In this document: positions 39,163 through 48,657 of the stretch, one piece after another
Numbering within the stretch: position 1 is the first letter of the stretch
Layout of the letters: every line of letters starts with the position of its first letter
Translations under genes and position numbers: made by a program
Virus record (IMG/VR): IMGVR_UViG_3300021437_000013
Span: 13,825-77,824 of that record
From: a virus
Length of the DNA: 64,000 nt
Strand: one strand, 5' to 3'
Notes under the pieces: model-generated
The model's input: the letters and a program-made list of their open reading frames with translations, nothing else
What the model was told of the DNA's origin: nothing
Databases searched by the model: none

Positions 39163-40761
39163 ATGGAAAAGCCAAAGTTTAACCCCAATGCTCCATTCCA
39201 AGCTGCTGAGAAACCTAAGTTTGACCCGTCTCAACCGCATGAGATAGTTCCCTCTAATCCTCAACAAGAGGAACCTAATTATATTGAATCATTAGGAAGA
39301 GGGTTACTACAAGGTGGAACACTAGGATTTTCAGATGAAGCAACTGGCGGGGTTCAAGCTTTAGTAGATGCTATAAAGAAAGGCAGTATGTCAGACATTA
39401 GCGATGACTATACTAAACATACGGAAGAGTCAAGACAAGCTAATGCAGCAGCACAAAAAGCTAACCCTATAACTTACAAGAGCGGTGACATTATCGGTAT
39501 GTTAGCCCCGTTCTTAATGTCAGGTGGTGCGGCAGCAGGTGTTAAAGGTGCAGCGGCCGTTGGTGGCGGTGTATCAGCTTTAAACGCATTAGGTACATCA
39601 GAGAATCAATCAGCGGAAGATGCTACAAAGAATGCTTTATTAGCAGGTGCAATTGGAGCAGGTACTGGAGCAGCGGCAGAAGCAGTGGCACCAGAACTAT
39701 CATCTTTAGTAAGTAAATATTTAAGGGGTGGAGCAGAGAATCTAGCAGTTAAAGCAACTGGAGCTACAGCATCACAAGCTAAGAAGTTTGCACCAGAAGC
39801 CGGAGCAGAGTTATTAGATAAAGGATTCATTCAACCATTATCAACACCATCCGGACTTGTTGACCGTTTAACTAAAGCAGCTCAAGAATCGGGTGACACA
39901 CTAAACAGCACTTTAGCAGATTTATCAGCTCAAGGCGGTAAGGTAAATAAATCAGACATTATTAAATCATTAGAGGATAAAATAGCTGAACTTGGTAGTA
40001 ATCCCGGTGAAGCTGATGTTGTTAAAAAACTATCTTCAATGAAAGAGGATATAATAGCATCTCCGGGGGATTCAGTATCTTTAACAGATGCAGAAGCCAT
40101 TAAACGTTCATTTGGTAAGAATATCAGTAATTGGATGGACCCAGAGAAAGCATCTGCAGCTAAGACTGTTTATGGTGCATATAAAAATGCAGTAGAAGAT
40201 TCTGCTACGGCCATGAATCCCGATGTAGCTAATCAATTCTTACAAGCTAAAAAAGACTACGGATTAATAGCTCCACTTAAAGAAGCTACAGAAAATACAG
40301 CTTTAAAAGCTCAACAATCGGCATTTGGTGGATTAGGTGATACAACTGACTTAGTGGCAGCATCTGCCCTTGGTGGAGGTCATGGAATGGCCACAGCAGG
40401 GGTTTTAGCAGCAAAGAAGGCTATCCTACCAATGGCATCTCAAACCCTCGCCTATGGGGCTAATACAGCGTCTAAAGCGGTGTCTGCAATGGGTGACTTA
40501 GTAGCTCCAGCGGCTTCAATGGCTGCAGCTCAAGTAAAACCTGCTGACCAATCAAAACATTTATATAGTATGAACAATATGCAGTTAAACACTGTAGCGA
40601 ATCAATTAGCGACTAACCCATCTACCAAAATCTATGCAGATTCTTTACAAGATGCAATAGCTAAAGGCGATGAACAACGCAAGAACGCTACGTTATTTTC
40701 CATGCTACAAAACCCTGCGGCCAGAGATGCCGTAAGTGGAATTACAACACCTCAGGAGTAA
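39163..40761 (+). CDS. putative ejection protein
   Basis: KPKFNP repeats, RG..QG.TLGFSDE motif, Gly/Ala-rich. Confidence 0.68.
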   Translation: MEKPKFNPNAPFQAAEKPKFDPSQPHEIVPSNPQQEEPNYIESLGRGLLQGGTLGFSDEATGGVQALVDAIKKGSMSDISDDYTKHTEESRQANAAAQKANPITYKSGDIIGMLAPFLMSGGAAAGVKGAAAVGGGVSALNALGTSENQSAEDATKNALLAGAIGAGTGAAAEAVAPELSSLVSKYLRGGAENLAVKATGATASQAKKFAPEAGAELLDKGFIQPLSTPSGLVDRLTKAAQESGDTLNSTLADLSAQGGKVNKSDIIKSLEDKIAELGSNPGEADVVKKLSSMKEDIIASPGDSVSLTDAEAIKRSFGKNISNWMDPEKASAAKTVYGAYKNAVEDSATAMNPDVANQFLQAKKDYGLIAPLKEATENTALKAQQSAFGGLGDTTDLVAASALGGGHGMATAGVLAAKKAILPMASQTLAYGANTASKAVSAMGDLVAPAASMAAAQVKPADQSKHLYSMNNMQLNTVANQLATNPSTKIYADSLQDAIAKGDEQRKNATLFSMLQNPAARDAVSGITTPQE

Positions 40762-40763
40762 GT

Positions 40764-41054
40764 ATGGGAAATCTAATTAATGACAAAGATTTATTTGAAA
40801 GAGTGCTAGACCGTTTGGATAGTATTGATGAAAGACTTAACAATGTTGATAAGACATTAGTAAAGCAAGAAATGAATCTTGATGAGCATATGAAGCGTTC
40901 TGACTCTCTTGAAACTATGATCAATCACGTTAAGATGGACTTAGAGCCAGTAGAATCTCATGTGAAGAATGTTAATTTAATCTTAAAGATAATTGGTATA
41001 TTAGGTTCAAGTATATGTGCCATTTATTACGCTATAGAGATTTACAAGCATTAA
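40764..41054 (+). CDS. coiled-coil protein with C-terminal TM (holin-like)
   Basis: AGGAG RBS; last gene of the + block. Confidence 0.7.
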   Translation: MGNLINDKDLFERVLDRLDSIDERLNNVDKTLVKQEMNLDEHMKRSDSLETMINHVKMDLEPVESHVKNVNLILKIIGILGSSICAIYYAIEIYKH

Positions 41055-41485
41055 TCAATATCATAACTATTGTCTGGATATAAAGTATCAAACTCTTTAT
41101 TGTCCAAGTCTTCAATAGATAGCATCTTTCTTTGTACTACGGCCCTAGAATAAATATCACGGTTCCTATCGTTATTCTTGTCAAAGCAAGCTTTCTTCCA
41201 TTCAACAGTATCCATCATATTCTTAGTTACATCACCTTTAGCACCTGCGTTGATGTATTCCCCGACAAACTTATTAAGCCAAGCTTTTTCCTCATCGTTA
41301 AGTTTATTAGCGTAAGAAGCTATATCCATAATCTCTTCTCGTCTTGAATGAAGATTGTAAGCTGGGTCAAGATTGGGATACTTTACGTTTCGTCTACCCT
41401 TCTTCTTCGAACTCTTGTTCAGTAGAGCTTTCTCCTGTGCTTTCTTTCCCATCTTTGATGCGTTTTTGTCTTTGTTCTTTAACAT
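41051..41485 (-). CDS. hypothetical protein
   Basis: Y..KL..EEK.WL.KF..EY pattern; start uncertain (41500, 41485 or 41452). Confidence 0.7.
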   Translation of the reverse strand: MLKNKDKNASKMGKKAQEKALLNKSSKKKGRRNVKYPNLDPAYNLHSRREEIMDIASYANKLNDEEKAWLNKFVGEYINAGAKGDVTKNMMDTVEWKKACFDKNNDRNRDIYSRAVVQRKMLSIEDLDNKEFDTLYPDNSYDID

Positions 41486-42092
41486 ACTTACGACCTTCAT
41501 TTATTATATATGTGTATACTTCTTTAGGAAATATATCGAATAGCTTCATATCAAGCAGAGTAACCATCAAATCATCTTTACCAATTCTTCTACAGCTTAT
41601 TATTGACCTAAATGTATTCTCAAAAGAGTTATACCCAATAAGAGGGTGGTTATCTAACTCACAGAATAAAAGATATTTGTAGTATAAAACATCAACTGGT
41701 ATAGGATTCAATCCTTTCTTAAGTTTATAACGAGAAATAAACTTTTGAACTATATTATAGCTACTAAGTCTTATTGGCTTATGTAATTTAAGCTCTTGTT
41801 TCTTAATAAAGAACTCAATTGGCTTATCAATCTTAACTCTTTTAGCATCAAGACATTCAAATCTACTTAATAGAATACTAATAAAGAACTCTCTCTTTAC
41901 TTTACGCTTAGTATACCAACAATAGAACTGGTAAATGTTTGAAATGGGAACTACATTATCGCCGGGATTAATGTCATATCTTTGTAAGAACTCAGGAACA
42001 TTAGTTACAATTGAATAATCTTCATCAACAAGATTCTCGCCTGATTCTAATGCCGCTAATAACTCTTCATCTGATATTTTGTGCTTTACCAC
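41394..42092 (-). CDS. hypothetical protein, possibly tandem winged-helix
   Basis: Two similar segments F..RY....G.N..P...IY..Y.. Confidence 0.65.
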   Translation of the reverse strand: MVKHKISDEELLAALESGENLVDEDYSIVTNVPEFLQRYDINPGDNVVPISNIYQFYCWYTKRKVKREFFISILLSRFECLDAKRVKIDKPIEFFIKKQELKLHKPIRLSSYNIVQKFISRYKLKKGLNPIPVDVLYYKYLLFCELDNHPLIGYNSFENTFRSIISCRRIGKDDLMVTLLDMKLFDIFPKEVYTYIINEGRKYVKEQRQKRIKDGKESTGESSTEQEFEEEG

Positions 42093-42621
42093 GTTTTGCC
42101 TTCTTATTTTTAGCTTTTTCTATCATGTCGTTTAAATAGATAGTGTATTCTACCTCAAGAGTGGCAATAAGTAAAGGGGAAAGTTCTGTAAATGTATTAT
42201 TAATCTTCATTTCTTTGATTCTTTTGCGCATAAATCGTTCAGTATTACTTTTTAATGTATGGCAAGATGGGATATTGTTATTCTCACTAAGTTTAGTGGA
42301 GCATAACACTTGTAGATTAGAGGCATCACATACAATACCCTTTACAATTTCATCATAACTCATTTCTTCCTCAGATGAATCAATGGGGATACAAGGGATA
42401 ATATGGTCTACGGCCACATTCTTTTGAGGGAATAGTTCACCACATATAGCACACTTAAACCGTACTTGTTTCTTTTTACCAGTAGAACCATCTTTAAGCT
42501 TAAGAGGCGGTAGTTCAACTCTAGCCTTTTGAAGTACAGACTTATGACTTTCGGTCCTGCGAAAAGCCCTGCGAATTCCTGCTTTGACAAGTCTTTTCAT
42601 TTCAATGCTATTCCACTTCAT
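42067..42621 (-). CDS. HNH endonuclease
   Basis: CAIC...VDHIIP...NLQVLC...CH motifs. Confidence 0.85.
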   Translation of the reverse strand: MKWNSIEMKRLVKAGIRRAFRRTESHKSVLQKARVELPPLKLKDGSTGKKKQVRFKCAICGELFPQKNVAVDHIIPCIPIDSSEEEMSYDEIVKGIVCDASNLQVLCSTKLSENNNIPSCHTLKSNTERFMRKRIKEMKINNTFTELSPLLIATLEVEYTIYLNDMIEKAKNKKAKRGKAQNIR

Positions 42622-43015
42622 TCATTACCTCTTCATGCCCAGCACTATCATATACTACTTCTCTTTTTTTACATACTTCACAGAAGTAAATAGTCCTCAC
42701 CATTGAAGTAGCAAGAATCTTGTACGGCCGTTGACAATCTTTACACTTATCTTCGTGTACTTCTTTAGCTTCTTTATCAATCTTCTTTAATTTGTTTTCT
42801 TGTTTTAAGGCTTTAATAACCTTTTCGACTGGAACACCATCAAGTTTGTTATCAATAAAGCTGCGAGTTTTATCAAATGCTTCTTGTAATGTTTTAAGTT
42901 CAGATATTAACTTCTGTTTATCAGACGCTAATCGTCTTATTTTTGATTTCAGTTCTTTTACTTCACCAGACTTACCATCTTCTTTTGAAAATGATTTATG
43001 TTTACGACCCATCAT
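42608..43015 (-). CDS. coiled-coil zinc-ribbon protein
   Basis: CKDC...CEVC. Confidence 0.7.
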   Translation of the reverse strand: MMGRKHKSFSKEDGKSGEVKELKSKIRRLASDKQKLISELKTLQEAFDKTRSFIDNKLDGVPVEKVIKALKQENKLKKIDKEAKEVHEDKCKDCQRPYKILATSMVRTIYFCEVCKKREVVYDSAGHEEVMNEVE

Positions 43016-43025
43016 ATGGCCTTTG

Positions 43026-43307
43026 TTAAATGTTTTTCAATCCTTCTCTAATCTTCTGAATCTCAAGCATCATAATAGTGTATAATGGCTTAATTTCAGG
43101 TCTGTTTAAGTAAAGATTAACGGGAAGGTAATTATTAACATTATCAAGGTTAAGTGCTGTATAATCAGCCATTTCACTTGAATTTTGTACTAATAATACT
43201 CCATTCTCATTAATTTCTACTTGACACACATCATTAGTTGTTAGATTAACCACCCTAAAAGCAGATAAATATAAATCACTTAAGAAAGTTTCTGGATATT
43301 GGTACAT
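43026..43307 (-). CDS. hypothetical protein
   Basis: AGGAGG RBS. Confidence 0.75.
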   Translation of the reverse strand: MYQYPETFLSDLYLSAFRVVNLTTNDVCQVEINENGVLLVQNSSEMADYTALNLDNVNNYLPVNLYLNRPEIKPLYTIMMLEIQKIREGLKNI

Positions 43308-43327
43308 AAAATCCTCCTAAAAGTGTA

Positions 43328-43525
43328 TTAAACTGGGCCAAAATCAATTCTGGTCTTAGGAAGCTGTACTGGTTCACCTTGGTCAAATTGAGGTGCCTCT
43401 TCATCTTGGTATTCAGATATAAGAATTTCAATCTTCTTTTGTTGCTCATTCCATGCCAATTCGGCAAGGTCATAAGCTTGAATAGAACAATCAGGGAATT
43501 GTGAAATAAAGTCTTTAAAAGTCAT
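43328..43525 (-). CDS. hypothetical protein
   Basis: AAGGAGG RBS. Confidence 0.75.
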   Translation of the reverse strand: MTFKDFISQFPDCSIQAYDLAELAWNEQQKKIEILISEYQDEEAPQFDQGEPVQLPKTRIDFGPV

Positions 43526-43534
43526 AAATCCTCC

Positions 43535-44182
43535 TTAAATATACTGCTTACGGCAAGAATACCACATTTGAAGGTCACTTTCAAGAGCAATTTTAGTAGT
43601 ATCATTAATAACTACTAAATCATATCTATCATTCAATTGCTCAAGCTCTGATTGATGCGCTAATTCCCGTTTAAACGCATTTGAAATGACTGGCCTATCC
43701 AAATACATCAATATAGCTCCAAGAGCCTTTAAAGCGGCTCTTTCGCTGTTAAAACGTGCATCTGTAACAATGACATGCCCATCAATGCTCTTAATCTTAT
43801 TTAAAGTGATATCAATCCAAATATTAGCATCAACAAGATTTCTGCATAAGTCAGTACCAATAAAGGTTAAAGCGTGTCTTGGTGAGGTAATAGTAGTATT
43901 CTCATACTCAATGAATCTTGAGGGAGTAACCTCAATACCAAACTCGTTAAGCTCAAATGCCAAGTTGGCCGCTAAGTCTTTATTGAATAAGAAGGGGATA
44001 TCAAAATCTTTATCTTTCAAGGTAGTTTCATGGAAGTAGGTAATGGGAAGTTGCAACACTTTACTACAGACTTCTTTAAGGGTATCCGCAAATGCTACTC
44101 TGGTAAAACCAAGCTTATTAACGAACATACTTCCCACTACGTCTTTTCCACTTCCGGCCAAGGCTGATACTGATATAATCAT
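43535..44182 (-). CDS. deoxynucleoside monophosphate kinase
   Basis: AGSGKD P-loop, FAD.LK, PR..L..IGT...R, TDARF..E, H.SE. Confidence 0.9.
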   Translation of the reverse strand: MIISVSALAGSGKDVVGSMFVNKLGFTRVAFADTLKEVCSKVLQLPITYFHETTLKDKDFDIPFLFNKDLAANLAFELNEFGIEVTPSRFIEYENTTITSPRHALTFIGTDLCRNLVDANIWIDITLNKIKSIDGHVIVTDARFNSERAALKALGAILMYLDRPVISNAFKRELAHQSELEQLNDRYDLVVINDTTKIALESDLQMWYSCRKQYI

Positions 44183-44184
44183 GT

Positions 44185-45078
44185 TTACTCCAATTTCATT
44201 TCTTTTAGTATATGACAAATAACGTCAACTGTCCATCCATCCCCTAATAAATCTTGCGCTTGTGGATAAGATACACATTTTGTATATCCCACAGGAACAG
44301 TTTGAGCTTGTTCTAATTCTTCTCTGGTTAAGTATCTGCAAAAATCCTCAAATTGAACTAACCCAGAATTAGGAGAGCGGTCTTGTTTTCTTGTTAGACA
44401 TTGAACTTTATCAGCATAAGTAACATTAGCACAACCAGAAAGTGCGCCATTTCGTCCTTTCCCTTCTCTCCACATTTTAACTCTTGATGGAGTATTTTTT
44501 ACTTTATACAAAGATTCAATCTTGGTATTTTTTTCTTTAAAATCTTGAAAAGAGATATTCTTATCTTTTGGGATAGTGATATTTGGTATATTACTCCAAT
44601 ATACTCTTGGTCTACTTTGAAAAGAAACTAAGTTGCTATTTATTGCAATTCCAGTTACTCCTAAATACTCATCTAATTGTGATTTACTTTCTTTTTTCAT
44701 AATAACATTTTCTAATAAAAAGTAAGTAGGATTTATTTCTTTTAGTAATCTCAAATATTCATAAAACAACTTAGACTTGTCGCCGCTTAATCCCTTACCA
44801 TTAACTTTTAGTAAAGAAAAGTCTTGACATGGTGAACCACCAATTAACAAATCAATCTTTCCAACATTAAATACTCCATTTTCAGTAGTCAATATACCAT
44901 CTTTATAAGATACTTTTGTTACGTCACCGATGTGTATAGTTTTTGGGTAATTAGATAATGTTACTTTTATAGCTAACTTTTTTATTTCGGAAGCGTAGTA
45001 ATTATCATAATGAATACCTAACCTATTTAATGCGATTTGTCCACATGACATACCATCAAATAAGCTCAGTACGTTCAT
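44185..45078 (-). CDS. DNA cytosine-C5 methyltransferase
   Basis: LSLFDG, GGSPCQ, LLENV, Q.R.R motifs. Confidence 0.92.
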   Translation of the reverse strand: MNVLSLFDGMSCGQIALNRLGIHYDNYYASEIKKLAIKVTLSNYPKTIHIGDVTKVSYKDGILTTENGVFNVGKIDLLIGGSPCQDFSLLKVNGKGLSGDKSKLFYEYLRLLKEINPTYFLLENVIMKKESKSQLDEYLGVTGIAINSNLVSFQSRPRVYWSNIPNITIPKDKNISFQDFKEKNTKIESLYKVKNTPSRVKMWREGKGRNGALSGCANVTYADKVQCLTRKQDRSPNSGLVQFEDFCRYLTREELEQAQTVPVGYTKCVSYPQAQDLLGDGWTVDVICHILKEMKLE

Positions 45079-45428
45079 TATAACCACCCATCAAGTAAAT
45101 GAATCTCACCAGATGGTACATCATTAGAAGTAGATGGGCCGTGGTGTAAATCATGTAATCCTGCAGCTAACTTTAAACTATGTTCATTAGCAAATGAAAG
45201 ATTCTTTTTACAATACTTAACCAACAAATCTTCTCTAACTACTTTGTAGTCATTATCGTTAAGCTTAATTTTAGTAATGTTTAAAGCTTGTGTATTAGAT
45301 AAGAACTCAACTTCTAAACCAGTTTCAAGTATAATATACTCGTAAAAGGATAAAAGAGGGTCTTGGTGCTTGTTTGTACTTAAGAAGATGTTCTTAATGT
45401 CTTTTGGGTTAAATTTTAGTATTTTCAT
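45078..45428 (-). CDS. hypothetical protein
   Basis: Coupled ORF with AAGGAG RBS. Confidence 0.7.
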   Translation of the reverse strand: MKILKFNPKDIKNIFLSTNKHQDPLLSFYEYIILETGLEVEFLSNTQALNITKIKLNDNDYKVVREDLLVKYCKKNLSFANEHSLKLAAGLHDLHHGPSTSNDVPSGEIHLLDGWL

Positions 45429-45769
45429 TCATGCTCCTTTAATAGAAAAAACGTTTGCATATCTATAGCACATTTAATAATACTGTGCCATTCTCTTGAA
45501 AATAATGTAGCTGTAATCTCTTCTAACTGTTCAGCGGTAATATTAGCAGAGTCAATATTACATTGTGCTAAGAATCCGTGCCAAAGCTCATGAAGTGCCG
45601 TGTCTAATAGAATCTCATCAGCTCTAAAGTGGATTTCTTTATATGCAGGGATAGTAATACCGCCACAATTACCATACTTCAATTTAAAGGTTTTTGCTGC
45701 GTGACAACGTGCAGTCCAATCAGCCCCGAGTATTTTAAAATGATAAATGTTATTTTTTCGTTTAGCCAT
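45425..45769 (-). CDS. small zincin-like metallopeptidase
   Basis: TALHELWH...EE motif. Confidence 0.7.
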   Translation of the reverse strand: MAKRKNNIYHFKILGADWTARCHAAKTFKLKYGNCGGITIPAYKEIHFRADEILLDTALHELWHGFLAQCNIDSANITAEQLEEITATLFSREWHSIIKCAIDMQTFFLLKEHE

Positions 45770-45787
45770 AATATCCTCAGAGTAACA

Positions 45788-46177
45788 TTATTTCTTATCG
45801 TTGTCAATAATAGCAACAATCTTTTTAGTCATCATTCTCCAACCTTCAAGTTGTGCTTCGATAGTGGCATCAGAGAAGTATTTTTGAATCTTCTGTAGCT
45901 TCATTAATGACCAAGCTCCCTCGTCAAGTAGCACTCTTGAGACAGCACTATCAATCTTGTCAAGGTCTAATGAGCGTGAGTTACATTCGTCAAGGAACTC
46001 AGTATGACTATCAGTCTCGTAGACAGGTACGAATTTAGCATTAGGGAAACCGTGTTCAGGTTTAAGGATACTATACTTATTGTTCTTCTTATGAATCATT
46101 TCATCTTTACCAGAGTATATATTTCTGATAGGTTCATAGAAGTATTCAACATCTTTAAGTTTAGCTAATAGGCTCAT
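45788..46177 (-). CDS. hypothetical protein
   Basis: AGGAG RBS before MSLLAK. Confidence 0.7.
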   Translation of the reverse strand: MSLLAKLKDVEYFYEPIRNIYSGKDEMIHKKNNKYSILKPEHGFPNAKFVPVYETDSHTEFLDECNSRSLDLDKIDSAVSRVLLDEGAWSLMKLQKIQKYFSDATIEAQLEGWRMMTKKIVAIIDNDKK

Positions 46178-46185
46178 AGTGTCTC

Positions 46186-46914
46186 CTATAGTTTTCCTAT
46201 CCATCGTCCAGAAGTATCAAGCACCATAGGTATTAAAATTGGTTTAGAGTCGATAATAACAGAAGTTCCAATAACTGGTCGGCTTAAGTTAAGCTTATCA
46301 TATGCAAATGCCAAAGATTTCTTATCAATTAAACAACCTGACTGTAAAGAGAATAATAGATTCTTCGGATTACCTACATAATCAATTCTAAAGTCTTGGT
46401 GGAAGTGAAATTGAACTGTATTGATTCCTCTTTGTGTAGCAAGCTTTATACCATTCTTGACCATACCATGACAAAAATAACATTCTTGGCCGTTAGGTAA
46501 TATTACAGTTAGGTCATTAACCCATTGCCATTTATCGCTTACACCGTACACTTGTTGTTGTGTAGCTAAGAATTTCATAGGGATACCGTTTATCTTAAAC
46601 TTACGAGTAATCATACTTCCATGATTAGAATCTAATAAAATCATCTCAGGAAATAACTTCTCTAACTTTTTAATCTTCTCTAAGCCAAGTTTTAACTCAT
46701 CTCCGGCAGAAGGTAAATCCAAATCGGACGGGTGGAAAGAGGCGTTGTGGAAATCCAACTCATCACCCCCATTAACTACCAATGTAGGATTGTATTTTTT
46801 CTTTATAGCTGCTAAAAACTTGAACATATCTGGATGTTCATAAGGCATGTGTTGGTCAGAAATACAAAGTATTCTTCTTGTGTCTAAATCTTTCATTTTA
46901 GTTGTCTTCGCCAT
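46186..46914 (-). CDS. calcineurin-like metallophosphoesterase
   Basis: SDQH, GGDELD, SNH, HG, FHFH motifs. Confidence 0.88.
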   Translation of the reverse strand: MAKTTKMKDLDTRRILCISDQHMPYEHPDMFKFLAAIKKKYNPTLVVNGGDELDFHNASFHPSDLDLPSAGDELKLGLEKIKKLEKLFPEMILLDSNHGSMITRKFKINGIPMKFLATQQQVYGVSDKWQWVNDLTVILPNGQECYFCHGMVKNGIKLATQRGINTVQFHFHQDFRIDYVGNPKNLLFSLQSGCLIDKKSLAFAYDKLNLSRPVIGTSVIIDSKPILIPMVLDTSGRWIGKL

Positions 46915-47152
46915 GTTCCATTTCTCCTTTAACTTCTTTTAATTTATCTCTTGCTTTCTTATATAATCCAAAATACATTCTATGAGCTTCATCCAAGTCT
47001 AACAGTATAAACTTCAATGAACGGTAATCTTTATAAACCTGTAATGCTTTCTTAGCTGTAGATATAGCTTTAAGAATATCTGTAATCTCTGTTACAGCCT
47101 TTTCAAGCTTCTTAATCTTATGCTTAGAACCTATCTCAAGTAAATTTGTCAT
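46898..47152 (-). CDS. hypothetical protein
   Basis: Coupled ORF. Confidence 0.65.
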   Translation of the reverse strand: MTNLLEIGSKHKIKKLEKAVTEITDILKAISTAKKALQVYKDYRSLKFILLDLDEAHRMYFGLYKKARDKLKEVKGEMEHGEDN

Positions 47153-47589
47153 TTAAGCATACCAACAATATGTTTATTCAACTCTATTAAATCATTCTGG
47201 TCAAAATTATAACATATAGTAGTAATGTTTGCAAGTCTAAATATCTCTGCTGATAGACTATTTTCTCTATGCTTTAAGTAAAAGATAAACTTAATACCTG
47301 AATAGGCTATGAGTCTTGCACATTCCGGACAAGGGTAAAGGGTGGTATATAATATACTGTTCCATAAGTTTTCTTTAGCATTAACTATGGCCGCTTGTTC
47401 TGCATGAATAACATAGTTATGCTTCTCGTCAGAATCCCACTTAGTAGTAGGTATGTCTTTTGTGAATTGATTGTAACCAGTAGATATGATTTTATCATTG
47501 TTTTTGGAGACAATTACCGCACCAACTTTAGTTTTTGGATCAGGTGACTGTTGAGCTTCTATTAAAGCAAGTAACATCATTGACTTCAT
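47149..47589 (-). CDS. dCMP deaminase
   Basis: S.DP.TKVGAVI, GYN, HAE, PCPEC. Confidence 0.92.
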   Translation of the reverse strand: MKSMMLLALIEAQQSPDPKTKVGAVIVSKNNDKIISTGYNQFTKDIPTTKWDSDEKHNYVIHAEQAAIVNAKENLWNSILYTTLYPCPECARLIAYSGIKFIFYLKHRENSLSAEIFRLANITTICYNFDQNDLIELNKHIVGMLK

Positions 47590-47759
47590 AGATACCCCAA
47601 TAGGATAGCATCTTCAAATAATATAAAGTTCTTTAAGAAGTTATTATTATAATATTCATCTATATTACCAAGAGTAACATGAAAATAATCCTCTTCTGCC
47701 AGTTTGATAAACATAAACAAGTCTTTACGAGGTACATAATATACCGCTTCTAATATCAT
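47586..47759 (-). CDS. 57-aa hypothetical protein (not in ORF track)
   Basis: MILEAVYYVP...; ATGA overlaps at both ends; AAGGA RBS. Confidence 0.6.
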   Translation of the reverse strand: MILEAVYYVPRKDLFMFIKLAEEDYFHVTLGNIDEYYNNNFLKNFILFEDAILLGYL

Positions 47760-47938
47760 TTTGACTTCCTTTTACAATCAACAAGCTCGGTTGATATCTG
47801 CTTAATTTCATTAGATGCAAAAATAAGCATCTTATCTTGGTTCCTCTTCATACCTGCTATCTCGATGTATTGCAGCTTAATGACGTAGTATTGAGTTAAG
47901 CAAACAGCGGATAGGATAGCAATGATTAGTAGTTTCAT
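47756..47938 (-). CDS. small protein with N-terminal hydrophobic segment
   Basis: GAGG RBS; own promoter. Confidence 0.65.
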   Translation of the reverse strand: MKLLIIAILSAVCLTQYYVIKLQYIEIAGMKRNQDKMLIFASNEIKQISTELVDCKRKSK

Positions 47939-47955
47939 AAATACCTCTTATGTCA

Positions 47956-47984
47956 ACTTTAGCATAGTAAGAATTAGGAGTCAA
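47956..47984 (-). promoter_or_regulatory. sigma70-like promoter TTGACT-17-TAAAGT (TG extension)
   Basis: Consensus spacing upstream of 47938. Confidence 0.6.
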
Positions 47985-48657
47985 CTTTATTTGTGATGGC
48001 TTGTATCCTGTTTTCCGCTATTTTAAAGTATGCCTCATCTTTTTCTATACCTATGAATTTACGATTAAGATTTTTACAGGCTAAGCCTGTAGTTCCAGAA
48101 CCCATAAATGGGTCTAATACTATTTGATTTTCATTACTGTGAATCTTAACCAAATCTTCCATCAATTTAAGGCTTTTCTGTGTGGGGTGTAATCCTTTAT
48201 CTATTGAATGTACAAATTTAGGCCTTTGGTATTTATCATCTTGTCTATTAAATACCCACTTAGCACCTTTTTTTGTAAACCAGATAGCACATTCATAGTC
48301 TGTAATATATCGCCTATCTCTATTTCTAGGCATGGGGTTAGATTTTTCAAGTCTAATCATATCTTTAGTGTCGAATCCATTTGCTTCCGCAAACTTAGAT
48401 ATATCTCCTAAGTTCTTCCAATCATTGAAGCATATAAAACTACCGTTCTTGTTTAAAATTCTATTCACTTCAACAATATAAGATAAAATATCAGCATCTT
48501 TATCCCATTCACCGAAATCTATCCCTGCCCTACCCATAGTATTAAAATTATTATCTCTAGCTATATTGTATGGAGGGTCTGTTAAAACCAGATCAACGCT
48601 CCCTGTTTTTATGCTTTTCAAAAGGTCTAAACAATCGCCATTCAATAAATTAATCAT
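47974..48657 (-). CDS. DNA N4/N6 methyltransferase (beta class)
   Basis: TDPPY precedes HPTQK and DPFMGSGTT. Confidence 0.93.
   Translation of the reverse strand: MINLLNGDCLDLLKSIKTGSVDLVLTDPPYNIARDNNFNTMGRAGIDFGEWDKDADILSYIVEVNRILNKNGSFICFNDWKNLGDISKFAEANGFDTKDMIRLEKSNPMPRNRDRRYITDYECAIWFTKKGAKWVFNRQDDKYQRPKFVHSIDKGLHPTQKSLKLMEDLVKIHSNENQIVLDPFMGSGTTGLACKNLNRKFIGIEKDEAYFKIAENRIQAITNKVDS

Noticed and set aside
43235-43243. - strand copy of TAACAACTA
   Set aside because: Intragenic and single; one or two chance copies are expected in 64 kb. Function cannot be excluded.
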